A DNA stretch of 64,000 nt. Origin: a virus (Duplodnaviria > Caudoviricetes). The first letter of the stretch is position 1. Every line of letters begins with the position of its first letter. The stretch lies in IMG/VR virus record IMGVR_UViG_2740892367_000002, positions 31,864 through 95,863 of that record. One strand, written 5' to 3'. The position numbers were made by a program, and so were the translations under genes. This document shows, one piece after another, positions 55,232-64,000 of the stretch. Below the pieces are notes generated by a model. That model saw nothing but the letters and a program-made list of their open reading frames with translations. It did no database searches and had not been told where the DNA came from.

Positions 55232-58200
55232 ATGACGCTCCAGGACTTCGGCAGTTTTTCACTCACGAATACACCGACTGGAGCGCAAGACAATGCGCCG
55301 GCACGCAACGGCCGGCGCGGCAGCACAACGCCTCTCGATGCCGCCACGGTCGACCGGATCATGACGGAAGAGGGCGCTGCTGCAATTCGGCCCGCTGTAA
55401 TGGGCATCTACGGGCAAGAATCCGGAGGTGGAACGAACGCGCGCCGTAGCACCGACGGCGCCATCGGCGGCATGCAGGTGATGCCTGGCACGTTTGATCG
55501 CATCAAGAAGCCAGGCGAGGACATCAACAACCCGGAGGATAATTTCCGGGTTGGCGTGCGCTACCTCAAGCTGATGGCCGACAGGTTCGGCAACGACCCC
55601 GGCCGGCTGGCCGCGGGCTACTTCTCCGGCGAAGGCAACGTCAGCACGTCGGGCGACACGCCGTACAAGGAAGACCGAAAGGACGGCAACGGGAAATCCG
55701 TATCGTCGTACGTGCGCGACGTTCTTGGGCGGATCGGCAATGCTGCCGTGCCATCTGCACAGGCGGCAGAGAAGCCAGCAGAGAAACCGGCGGAGAATCG
55801 CGATTTCTCCAAAGCCCCGACCTGGAAGGATGTCACCGACACGGACGAATGGCGCGCCATGTCGCCAGAAAAGCAGGCGCAGACGCGCGACGCCTACTTC
55901 CAGTACTACGTTGGCTCGACGCTGCGGGAGGGGCAGCGTGGTGCTGCGAAAACTTGGTTCGATAAGCAGGCAACGGGTATTGAGGCAGCGCAGCCCGGTC
56001 TGCTGTCGCGCGCTGGCCGCGCCGTGCTTGATGCCATGGGGCAGGGTGAGGCAAGCGCAGAGGGCGCGGCTGTCAATCCGTCGGCTATGGCATCGCCGGC
56101 GGCACCGAGCAAGATTGGCGTCATGGGCCAGCAGTCCGCGCCGGCCGCGCCCGTTACCCCGACCACGTCGCGTGCGCCGGTAACGCCGGAATTCCGCGAC
56201 CAGGTCAACCGTGCCTACGATGCCGCTACCCCGGCGGAGCGTGAGCGCATGGCGCAGGCAGACGGAGTCGTCGGCCAGCTTGTGCGGGAGCGGACCGGGC
56301 AGTTCGCTGCGGCTCCGACGGTACCGACTGCAGGCAAGTTCGACACCCGGGCGGAAGCGCGCGCCGCGCGCCTTGCGGCGGACGGCGCCGACCACCAGAC
56401 GGCCGACACCTTCGCGCGCACGGGCGCCGAACGAGGCGTGACGCCGGGCACCGAACTCGGGACGGTCGGGAAGTCGGACTTCGACTTCGAGGCGCAGCAG
56501 CGCTTCAACAAGGATCCGGTGTTCTCGAATCCGGTGATTCGCGCGGCCGTGAAGGGCTATGAGGGATACCGCTCCGGCTCCCTCGGACTGGCGCAAGCGC
56601 TGTTCGATGCCACCGGCAATCAGGAATTCGCGGATATCGCCCGGCAGGGCATCGCTGATTCGCAGCGCCGCACCGCGGCGATCGGCGACAAGGGTGACGG
56701 CTTGCAGCGCAACTTCGAGGGCGCTGTGTCATCGATCGCGCAGCAGTTGCCGGCGCTGCTGGCCGGGGTGGCCACCGGCACGGAGGTGGTCCCGCTGGCC
56801 GCCATGTTCACCCAGACGTTTGGTCAGGAGTACGGGCAAGGCCGTGCACAGGGGCTGGACGGCGCACAAGCTGCCACGCGCGCCGGGATCTTCGGCGCTT
56901 TCGAAGTGATCGGCGAGAAATTCGGCCTTGGCCAGACGCTGCAAGCGCTCAAGATGGCTGGCCGCGGCGCAGCGGCGCAGGACATCGCCTCGGTGCTGGC
57001 TAAAGGCCTGCTGCGCGAGATCCCGGGCGAACAACTCACGACTCTGGGCCAGTTCCTGACGGACAAGGTTCCCGGCATAGGCACGAACCTCGAAGCGGGC
57101 CTGACCGAATACCTGCAGCAGGCTGGCGACACGCTGGCGCAGACGGTCATGCAGGGCGGCTTGATGATGGGCGGCACTACCGGCGTATCGGCCGGCGTGC
57201 GCCACCTGCAGGGGGCAGAGTCCCAGCAATCGCAGGCGCTTGGCGCGGAGCAGGCGCGCGAGACCGCGCTTAACAAAGCGGCGACGTTCTTCCAAGCGCC
57301 TCGCCAGCCGCACGCCAGCACGCAGGCCGCCGAGCAGGTGGTGCGAGAGATGGCGGCCGATGCCGGCATGGACCCGACGGAGCTGCTGCCCGCGCAGCGC
57401 ACCGTGCCACCGGCCGCACCCACACCGGTGGCTGCACCTGTGCCAGCGCCGGTGGCTGATCCTGCCCAAGCCGAACCGGCGGCCATTGCCGACGGCGCGC
57501 AGGCCCAGGTCGACGGCGCCGACATTGCCGGCATGTCCGACGCAATCCTTGCCGCGGAGGCGGCGCAAGGGGAGAACGATGGAAGTGAGCGCCCTGTACC
57601 TGCCGAGGTTGTCGATCCACGAGGCGCTACGCCTGATGCAGGAATGGGGGTTGATCAGACCGCTGGAAGTGCCAGCGCTGTACCGGGCGGTGACGCGGGA
57701 CAAGCCAGTGCCCTGCCGGCTGCGCCCGCTGGTGCTGATGCTGTTCCTGGTGCAGGCCGACCCGCCGACGGCCAGCCGGCATTGAGCGACGAGCTGTACA
57801 GCAAGGCCGTGGATGCAGTGCGCTCCACGCGCAGCCCTGCCGTGGCTGTGGTTCAGCGCCATCTTGGCGTCGACTACAACACCGCATCTGACCTGCTCAA
57901 TCGGATGGAGCGCGAGGGCGTGGTAACGCCTCAGAACGAGCGCGGCGTGAGGTCCGTTGTAGCGCAAGAGTCAGCGCGCCAGCACGCCGACGAGCCGCCC
58001 ATCGCACCTGGGATGACGCGCCTCTACCATGGCGGTGACATTGGCCGCTATGACGGCAACGCGTGGTTCTCCACGAACCGTGCGTACGCCGAGGGCTATG
58101 CCACGAAGGATGGCAGGACGGGCGCTGAGGTGCAGTATGTCGACTATCCAACCGACAAGATCAACGCTCTAGCCGATCCTGATGGATATGGGCAGACGCC

Positions 58201-61200
58201 GGCTAAGGGGCACGATTTCCAGGTCGAGCTGTCGTCTGATGAGACCGGGCCTCGAAAGCCGCTTCATACAACACCGCTGGATGCCGCCGCCCATGAGGCG
58301 GCCACCTCTCCGGCCAACGATCTGCTAGAGCCCACCGATGCCCAGAAGGCCGCCGGCAACTACAAGATGGGCCACGCGACGCTCCATGGGCTCGATATCA
58401 CTATCGAGAACCCGCGCGGCTCCACGCGAAGCGGTACCGACCAGGACGGCAAGCCGTGGTCGGTGGACATGGCCAACCACTACGGCTACATCAAGCGCAC
58501 CGAGGGCGCCGACGGTGACCACGTCGATGCCTTCATTGGGCCGAACCCCGACAGTACTCACGTATTCGTTGTCGACCAGGTCGACCCACGCATCGGCAAG
58601 TTTGATGAGCACAAGGTGATGCTCGGCTTCGACTCGCTCAAGGCTGCTCGTGAGGGCTACCACGCCAACTACGAGAAGGGCTGGAAGGGCGCGGCCGCCA
58701 TCACGCCGATGTCGGTCGATGAGTTCAAGGCCTGGCTCAAGAATGGCGACACGACCAAGCCAATCGACAAGAAGGCGGGTCGCTCGCGGACCGAGAAGCA
58801 AGCGAAGGCGGCGCGCGCTGCCTCCGGGGAATCCACGCCAGCCGCAAAGGTAAAGCCCAAAACTGAAAGGCAACTACGCGAAGAGAGCACGCCCGCCACT
58901 CCAAAGCCACTCGACCATGGTGAACTGAACGTTCCCGGTCGGACGAACGGCATCAACGCCGCACTGGACCGCCACAACGCCGAGAAGGCCGCCGCGCAGA
59001 AACAGAAGCGCAAAGCGGATTCGGCAGCAACGAAGGAGGCCAAGGCGCGTGCCAAGGATCTCTTCGCCAAGCATGTCGACGGCCTTGTCGCTGCGTACGG
59101 GCAGAAGTACGACGCTAAGGAGTTCCGCGCCATGCTCGACGGCATGGCGAAGTGGGAGCCCAAGAAGTTCATCGCCCTGGCGGAAAAGTACCAGAAGGAG
59201 CAGGCTGAGGCGCCGACCGCGCCAGAGCCAACCGTCCGCACTAACACCGAAGCCTTCCGGCGCTGGTTCGGCGATAGCAAGGTGGTGACTGAAGACGTCA
59301 AGCCGATGGTCATGTATCACGGCACCAGCGCCAGCGAGAGTGGAGATGCCTTCACGGCTTTCGACACCTACGCCTCTAACTACGGCCTGATGGGTATGGG
59401 TGGGTACTTCACCGCCGATCCGACTGTGGCGAGCAGCTACACAGCGAAGGGCAAGGGCACCACCCCAACCGTCTACCCGGTCTATCTGTCGATCAAGAAT
59501 CCGATCGACATGGACGCCAAGGCTGATGCTGATGCCTGGAAGAAGCAATTCTCCGACATTGAGCACTACCACGAGGGTGGTAACACCAACGAGAGTTGGT
59601 ATCGCGCGGCTGAGGAATCGCTGATCGATCAGGAGATACCGAAGTGGGAGGGTGCGGAGGTAATGCAGGACGGCCTCCGCGCCATGGGCTACGACGGTAT
59701 CACGCACGAGGGTGGTGGACGAGTGGACAAAGATGGCGTGCGCCATCGCGTCTTCATCGCGTTCGACCCACAACAGATCAAGTCCGCCATTGGCAACCAA
59801 GGGACCTACGACGCGGCGCGGCCGGAACTGGTGTTTTCGCGCGCATCGGACGGTGGTGTGGCAGCGGACTCTTTGCGCGCCAAGTTTGCCCCTATCGTCA
59901 AGAATTGGGCCAACGGGCCCAACGGCGGTGTGGTGGTGGTGCAGTCCGTGGACGAACTGCCATCCCACTTGGCCGAGTACCTGCGATCTGCCGGGGAGGA
60001 TGGGCGTGCCGAAGGCTTCTATCTGCCGAAGTCCGACAGGGTGTACCTGATCGCCGACAACCTGCCAAGCCATGAACGTGCCCAGGCGGTGCTTTTTCAC
60101 GAGGTGTACGGCCACAAGGGCATGCGCGCCTTCCTCGCCGGTGACCAGTATGCCGAGATGATGGATCGCATCCGCCGCGCTAATCCGGCGATCGCGCGGG
60201 CGGCCGATGCCTGGTTTGAACAGTACGGCGAGGACACGCTTCACGCCAACCGCGACGCTGGCCAGGCCAATGCCGAGGCGGAGCGCAATGCGCGGCTGCT
60301 GGCGGTGGAAGAGGCGCTGGCGGATCTGGCCAGCACGGTTCCGGTAGCTGGCCCCGTGCGCAAGCTGCTCGCCGCGCTGCAGGCCGCGCTGCGTAAGATC
60401 GGCCTGCATACCGTTGCCGATTGGATGGAGGGGCGGAGCGAGGCCGAGACGTTTGCGCTGCTGCGAGCCGCCCGCGATGCCGTGTTCGGCGATACAGTGC
60501 AGGGCAATATCCACGTGGCGACCGCCGACACCGCACCGGCATTCGCCAGAGGCGACCGAACAGTGAATCTCCCCGATGCGATCATCGGCAACACGCTTGG
60601 CAGTGCGACGAGCCTCCCTGACTATGCCGCAGCGAAGGCTGGCGATGAGGTCGCTGCAATTGCTGTCGCGGCCGAACTTGTGACCCCAGACCTGGTAGAG
60701 AAGGTGCGCGCCGTGATCGGCGACGCAAAGCCCATCGTGGTTGGCGTTGCATCTATTGAAGCGACTGGGCGCAACAAGATCCCGGTGGCTGCCGCGGTAT
60801 TGCTTGCTGACCGCCTTGGGCTGGAGACCACCGGCGATCTTGTCCAGGCCAATCGGCCGAAGCGGACGAGCCTGGGCGGACTTGATCGAATTTTCGCTGC
60901 GCCAGATTTCACCGGCCCAGTTGTGGCGGGCGCGCAGTACGTCCTCGTGGACGATACCTTGACGCAAGGTGCCACGTTTGCAGCGATGGCCAGCCACATT
61001 GAGGAAAACGGTGGGCACGTTCTCGCCGTCGTTGCCTTGACAGGCAAGCAGTACAGCGCCAAACTCAATGCCTCCCCTGAAACGCTCCAACGACTGCGTG
61101 ACAAGTATGGTGACATCGAACAAGCCTTCCGCGCCGCCACCGGCTACGGGTTCGACGCGCTCACCCAGTCGGAAGCCCGCTACCTCGCGAGTTTTGAACC

Positions 61201-64000
61201 CGCTCAGTCCGTCCGAGATCGAGTCCTTGCAGCAGGAAACGAAGCAATCGATCGAACGGATGAAGCGCCTCATTCGCCGCTAGACGGCGACGGCCCGCTG
61301 TTCGCGCGGGCCCAGCAATCCCCCCAGCAGCAGACCAACCTTCCCCTGTACGGTGGTGCACCAGCACAAGGTGGTGCGCCCACGGCCCCGCGCTGGCAGG
61401 CACCTGATCCTACTCGCATGGACCGTTTGGTCTATGAGCTCCAGAATCGCCAGGTTGACCTGAAGCGCGTGCAGGCCGCTATCCGCGAGTCGGTGGGCCC
61501 CATCCCCGAACAGTTCGACGGCTACCTGAAGGAAGAGGTCTACCACGGCCGCGTGGCCACCCGGGTGAACAAGTTCCTCGAGCGCGAGGTGCGCCCGCTG
61601 ATCGAGGAAATGCGCAGCAGCAATGTCCGCATGGATGAGCTGGAGGCCTATCTGTGGGCCCGCCATGCACCGGAGCGCAATGCGCAGATCGCCACCATCA
61701 ATCCGGATCTTACAGACGGCGGCTCGGGCCTGACCAACCGGCAGGCTGCCGACTATATGGCTGGCGCGGACGTGAAGGACTCCGCCGGCGAGGTCATCGT
61801 CAAGGGCCTAGATCGTTCAAAGCTGACGGCGCTGCAGGCGCTCGCCGGGCGCATCGACAGGATGACGGCCGGTACGAACCAGATCCTGATCCAGTATGGG
61901 CTGGAAAGCCCCGACACGATCGCCGCATGGACCGGGACCTACAGGCACTATGTTCCGCTCAAGCGCGAGGACATGGACGGCGTTACGCCGATCGGGCAGG
62001 GCTTCTCGGTCAAGGGCTCGGCCAGCAAACGAGCGCTGGGCTCGACCCGAAAGGTGACGGACATCCTTGCCAACATTGCGTTGGCACGGGAAGCCGCCAT
62101 CACCCGTGGCGAAAAGAACCGGGTCACGCTGGCACTGTACGGCCTGGCGCTGACCAACCCAAACGCGGATTTCTGGACGACCGACAAGGCGCCGATGATC
62201 AAGGTGCTGGACGCCTCCACCGGCCTGGTGGTGAAGCGGCCAGACCCTTCGTACAAGAACAAAGACAACGTCATTGTGCTGCGAGTGCAAGGGCTAGACC
62301 GGACCATCGCTTTGAACGCACGAGACCCGCGGGCGATGCGCATCGCCGAGGCGATGAAGAATCTCGATGTGCAGCCGTTCGGCGAGGTCATGGGCGCCGT
62401 GGCATCGGTGACCCGCTTCCTGGCCGCGATCAACACCCAGTACAACCCGGTGTTCGGGCTGCTGAACGGCGTGCGTGACCTGCAAGGTGCGGTGCTGAAC
62501 CTGTCATCCACGCCGATCGCCGACAAGCGCGCCTTCGTGGTGAACAATGCGCCGGCGGCGCTGCGCGCCATTTGGCGGGCCGAGCGTCACGGCGACATGA
62601 CGAGCCAATGGGCGGAGCTCTACGACCGGCTGCAACTGGCTGGCGGGACCACCGGATATCGGGAGATCTTCCGTGCAGGGACGGAGCGCGCCGAGGCGCT
62701 GCAAAGTGAGATCGACTCGCTCGACCGATCGACGCCGCGCAAGGTCCTCGACTACATGCTGGACTGGCTCGACCACTACAACACCGCCATCGAAAACGCC
62801 CTGCGCCTCACGGCGTTCAAGGCAGCGCTCGACAAGGGGCTGAGCGAGGAACGAGCCGCCAGCGTGGCCAAGAACCTGACAGTCAACTTCAACCGGAAGG
62901 GCCGGATGGGCCGTGAGCTCGGCGCCCTGTACGCATTCTTCAATGCGGCGGTGCAGGGCACGGCGCGCATGCTGGAGACGCTGGATCCTCGCACTCGCCA
63001 TGGCAAGGCAATCCTGATCGGCGGCATGATGGTTGGCGTGCTGCAGGCGATCGTAGGTGCTGCGGCGATGGACGAGGATGACTGGGAGGCTATCCCGGAA
63101 TTCACGAAACAGCGCAACTTCATCATCCCTCTGGGCAAGTCCTACGCGATGATCCCGATGCCGCTCGGCTTCAACGTGCTGCCGAACATCGGCCGCATCC
63201 TCGCCGAGGCTGTCCAGACCCGCGGCAAGAAATGGCGCAATCAGGTGCCCGAGCTGCTAGGCGTGCTGCTCGACAATGCCAACCCGATCGGCTCGGGTAC
63301 GTTCGCGCAAATTCTTGCCCCGACTGTTGCAGATCCGATCATTGCGCTGGCGGAGAACAAGGACTTCACGGGCCGGCCGATCTACAAGGAAGACAGCAAT
63401 CAGATGCGCCCAAAGCCCGGCTTCCAGCGCGCGAAGGACGCCGCAAGCACGGTATCGAAGGGCATCGCCTACGGTGCGAACTGGGCGACTGGCGGCACGG
63501 ATTACACGCCTGGATTGGTTTCGCCGACGCCGGACCAACTCGACTATCTGTTCGGGACGATCACCGGCGGCCTCGGCCGCGAGCTCAATAAGGTCTACCA
63601 GACCGCCGAATTGATGGCCAAAGGCAAGGACGTGCCCGAGTACAAGAAGCCGATCATCGGCCGGTTCTATGGGAACTTCGATGGCGACGCTGACACGGCC
63701 GGCCGGTACTGGGCTGTCGTGCGCTCAGTCAATGAAAAGCGTAACGAGCTGGACGGGCGGCGGAAAGACGGGAAGGACGCGGCCGGCTACCTTGCCGAGA
63801 ATCCTGAGCTGAAGCTGTCCAAGGCGATCGAGAAAACTCAGGCCGCCATCGGGAAGCTGCACAAGGTGAAGGATCAGATCGAGATGAATCCGAACCTGCG
63901 CGAAGAGGATCGCACGGCGCAGATGGATGCCATCGACCAACAGGCGGCCAAGATGATGCGCACCATCATCGACATGTCCAAGGAGATGAAGCCTCGGTAG
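55232..64000 (+). CDS. 2922-aa polyvalent ejection protein (SLT, FtsK-gamma, ART-like, InPase, ART-PolyVal, metallopeptidase-like, PRTase, LPD38-like)
   Basis: QES..GA.G.MQ.MP.T; VQRHLGV.YN.A..LL..ME..GVV; LYHG..WFST..YA..YA; GNYKMGH..IENP.GS.R..YGYI..T.GADGDHVD; F.RWFG.SKV..P...YHGT; HEVYGH.G; LVDD.LTQGAT; NLTVNFNRKG; stop at 64000. Confidence 0.85.
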   Translation: MTLQDFGSFSLTNTPTGAQDNAPARNGRRGSTTPLDAATVDRIMTEEGAAAIRPAVMGIYGQESGGGTNARRSTDGAIGGMQVMPGTFDRIKKPGEDINNPEDNFRVGVRYLKLMADRFGNDPGRLAAGYFSGEGNVSTSGDTPYKEDRKDGNGKSVSSYVRDVLGRIGNAAVPSAQAAEKPAEKPAENRDFSKAPTWKDVTDTDEWRAMSPEKQAQTRDAYFQYYVGSTLREGQRGAAKTWFDKQATGIEAAQPGLLSRAGRAVLDAMGQGEASAEGAAVNPSAMASPAAPSKIGVMGQQSAPAAPVTPTTSRAPVTPEFRDQVNRAYDAATPAERERMAQADGVVGQLVRERTGQFAAAPTVPTAGKFDTRAEARAARLAADGADHQTADTFARTGAERGVTPGTELGTVGKSDFDFEAQQRFNKDPVFSNPVIRAAVKGYEGYRSGSLGLAQALFDATGNQEFADIARQGIADSQRRTAAIGDKGDGLQRNFEGAVSSIAQQLPALLAGVATGTEVVPLAAMFTQTFGQEYGQGRAQGLDGAQAATRAGIFGAFEVIGEKFGLGQTLQALKMAGRGAAAQDIASVLAKGLLREIPGEQLTTLGQFLTDKVPGIGTNLEAGLTEYLQQAGDTLAQTVMQGGLMMGGTTGVSAGVRHLQGAESQQSQALGAEQARETALNKAATFFQAPRQPHASTQAAEQVVREMAADAGMDPTELLPAQRTVPPAAPTPVAAPVPAPVADPAQAEPAAIADGAQAQVDGADIAGMSDAILAAEAAQGENDGSERPVPAEVVDPRGATPDAGMGVDQTAGSASAVPGGDAGQASALPAAPAGADAVPGAGRPADGQPALSDELYSKAVDAVRSTRSPAVAVVQRHLGVDYNTASDLLNRMEREGVVTPQNERGVRSVVAQESARQHADEPPIAPGMTRLYHGGDIGRYDGNAWFSTNRAYAEGYATKDGRTGAEVQYVDYPTDKINALADPDGYGQTPAKGHDFQVELSSDETGPRKPLHTTPLDAAAHEAATSPANDLLEPTDAQKAAGNYKMGHATLHGLDITIENPRGSTRSGTDQDGKPWSVDMANHYGYIKRTEGADGDHVDAFIGPNPDSTHVFVVDQVDPRIGKFDEHKVMLGFDSLKAAREGYHANYEKGWKGAAAITPMSVDEFKAWLKNGDTTKPIDKKAGRSRTEKQAKAARAASGESTPAAKVKPKTERQLREESTPATPKPLDHGELNVPGRTNGINAALDRHNAEKAAAQKQKRKADSAATKEAKARAKDLFAKHVDGLVAAYGQKYDAKEFRAMLDGMAKWEPKKFIALAEKYQKEQAEAPTAPEPTVRTNTEAFRRWFGDSKVVTEDVKPMVMYHGTSASESGDAFTAFDTYASNYGLMGMGGYFTADPTVASSYTAKGKGTTPTVYPVYLSIKNPIDMDAKADADAWKKQFSDIEHYHEGGNTNESWYRAAEESLIDQEIPKWEGAEVMQDGLRAMGYDGITHEGGGRVDKDGVRHRVFIAFDPQQIKSAIGNQGTYDAARPELVFSRASDGGVAADSLRAKFAPIVKNWANGPNGGVVVVQSVDELPSHLAEYLRSAGEDGRAEGFYLPKSDRVYLIADNLPSHERAQAVLFHEVYGHKGMRAFLAGDQYAEMMDRIRRANPAIARAADAWFEQYGEDTLHANRDAGQANAEAERNARLLAVEEALADLASTVPVAGPVRKLLAALQAALRKIGLHTVADWMEGRSEAETFALLRAARDAVFGDTVQGNIHVATADTAPAFARGDRTVNLPDAIIGNTLGSATSLPDYAAAKAGDEVAAIAVAAELVTPDLVEKVRAVIGDAKPIVVGVASIEATGRNKIPVAAAVLLADRLGLETTGDLVQANRPKRTSLGGLDRIFAAPDFTGPVVAGAQYVLVDDTLTQGATFAAMASHIEENGGHVLAVVALTGKQYSAKLNASPETLQRLRDKYGDIEQAFRAATGYGFDALTQSEARYLASFEPAQSVRDRVLAAGNEAIDRTDEAPHSPLDGDGPLFARAQQSPQQQTNLPLYGGAPAQGGAPTAPRWQAPDPTRMDRLVYELQNRQVDLKRVQAAIRESVGPIPEQFDGYLKEEVYHGRVATRVNKFLEREVRPLIEEMRSSNVRMDELEAYLWARHAPERNAQIATINPDLTDGGSGLTNRQAADYMAGADVKDSAGEVIVKGLDRSKLTALQALAGRIDRMTAGTNQILIQYGLESPDTIAAWTGTYRHYVPLKREDMDGVTPIGQGFSVKGSASKRALGSTRKVTDILANIALAREAAITRGEKNRVTLALYGLALTNPNADFWTTDKAPMIKVLDASTGLVVKRPDPSYKNKDNVIVLRVQGLDRTIALNARDPRAMRIAEAMKNLDVQPFGEVMGAVASVTRFLAAINTQYNPVFGLLNGVRDLQGAVLNLSSTPIADKRAFVVNNAPAALRAIWRAERHGDMTSQWAELYDRLQLAGGTTGYREIFRAGTERAEALQSEIDSLDRSTPRKVLDYMLDWLDHYNTAIENALRLTAFKAALDKGLSEERAASVAKNLTVNFNRKGRMGRELGALYAFFNAAVQGTARMLETLDPRTRHGKAILIGGMMVGVLQAIVGAAAMDEDDWEAIPEFTKQRNFIIPLGKSYAMIPMPLGFNVLPNIGRILAEAVQTRGKKWRNQVPELLGVLLDNANPIGSGTFAQILAPTVADPIIALAENKDFTGRPIYKEDSNQMRPKPGFQRAKDAASTVSKGIAYGANWATGGTDYTPGLVSPTPDQLDYLFGTITGGLGRELNKVYQTAELMAKGKDVPEYKKPIIGRFYGNFDGDADTAGRYWAVVRSVNEKRNELDGRRKDGKDAAGYLAENPELKLSKAIEKTQAAIGKLHKVKDQIEMNPNLREEDRTAQMDAIDQQAAKMMRTIIDMSKEMKPR

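Larger units (their letters stand above)
6308..64000. mobile_element. Prophage 2: near-complete temperate podovirus (lambdoid early region, N4-gp56-type capsid, giant polyvalent protein); right att lies outside the window
   Basis: Continuous int-xis-early-immunity-replication-lysis-packaging-virion gene order. Confidence 0.9.

Noticed and set aside
58874-61273. Long antisense ORFs (e.g. 799 aa here, 614 aa at 45500-47344, 431 aa at 6516-7811)
   Set aside because: Shadow frames of high-GC genes, with no recognisable motifs or RBS
11688-62001. Oriented KOPS (GGGNAGGG) sites as targets of the phage FtsK-gamma domains
   Set aside because: The copies seen by eye simply follow the coding strand in each arm; no enrichment can be claimed without a count against a background model

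Overview
The whole window is high-GC temperate-phage DNA, probably from a Burkholderiales host (inferred from GC content and the tRNA-His 3' sequence). It holds two different podovirus-type prophages in tandem. Prophage 1 (1-~6300) is present only as its right end: an internal virion protein, a tailspike, a fibre-like protein with a signal peptide and a lysis cassette. The junction (6308-6355) is a 3' fragment of tRNA-His(GUG), flanked by an IHF site and integrase arm-type repeats. Prophage 2 (6308->64000) is nearly complete. It has int/xis; a leftward early operon (DUF4031, ASCH, Lar, amino-MTase, PAPS-reductase-like, RdgC-FtsK-gamma, YqaJ, ERF); a cI/cro switch with five related operators; HNH, C5-MTase and an initiator with iterons; a nin-like region; and a P22 immI-like arc/arc/antirepressor module. 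The late region carries lysis, terminase, portal, an inserted fibre module, scaffold, an N4-gp56-type capsid, tail genes, a 2OG-Fe(II) hydroxylase plus GNAT pair, and ejection proteins ending in a 2922-aa polyvalent protein. The most notable pattern is CTCGAAT-N14-(-10 hexamer), repeated with identical spacing before five late transcription units. This suggests an activator-dependent late promoter system instead of Q antitermination. All protein-family calls come from motif recognition by eye, not database searches.
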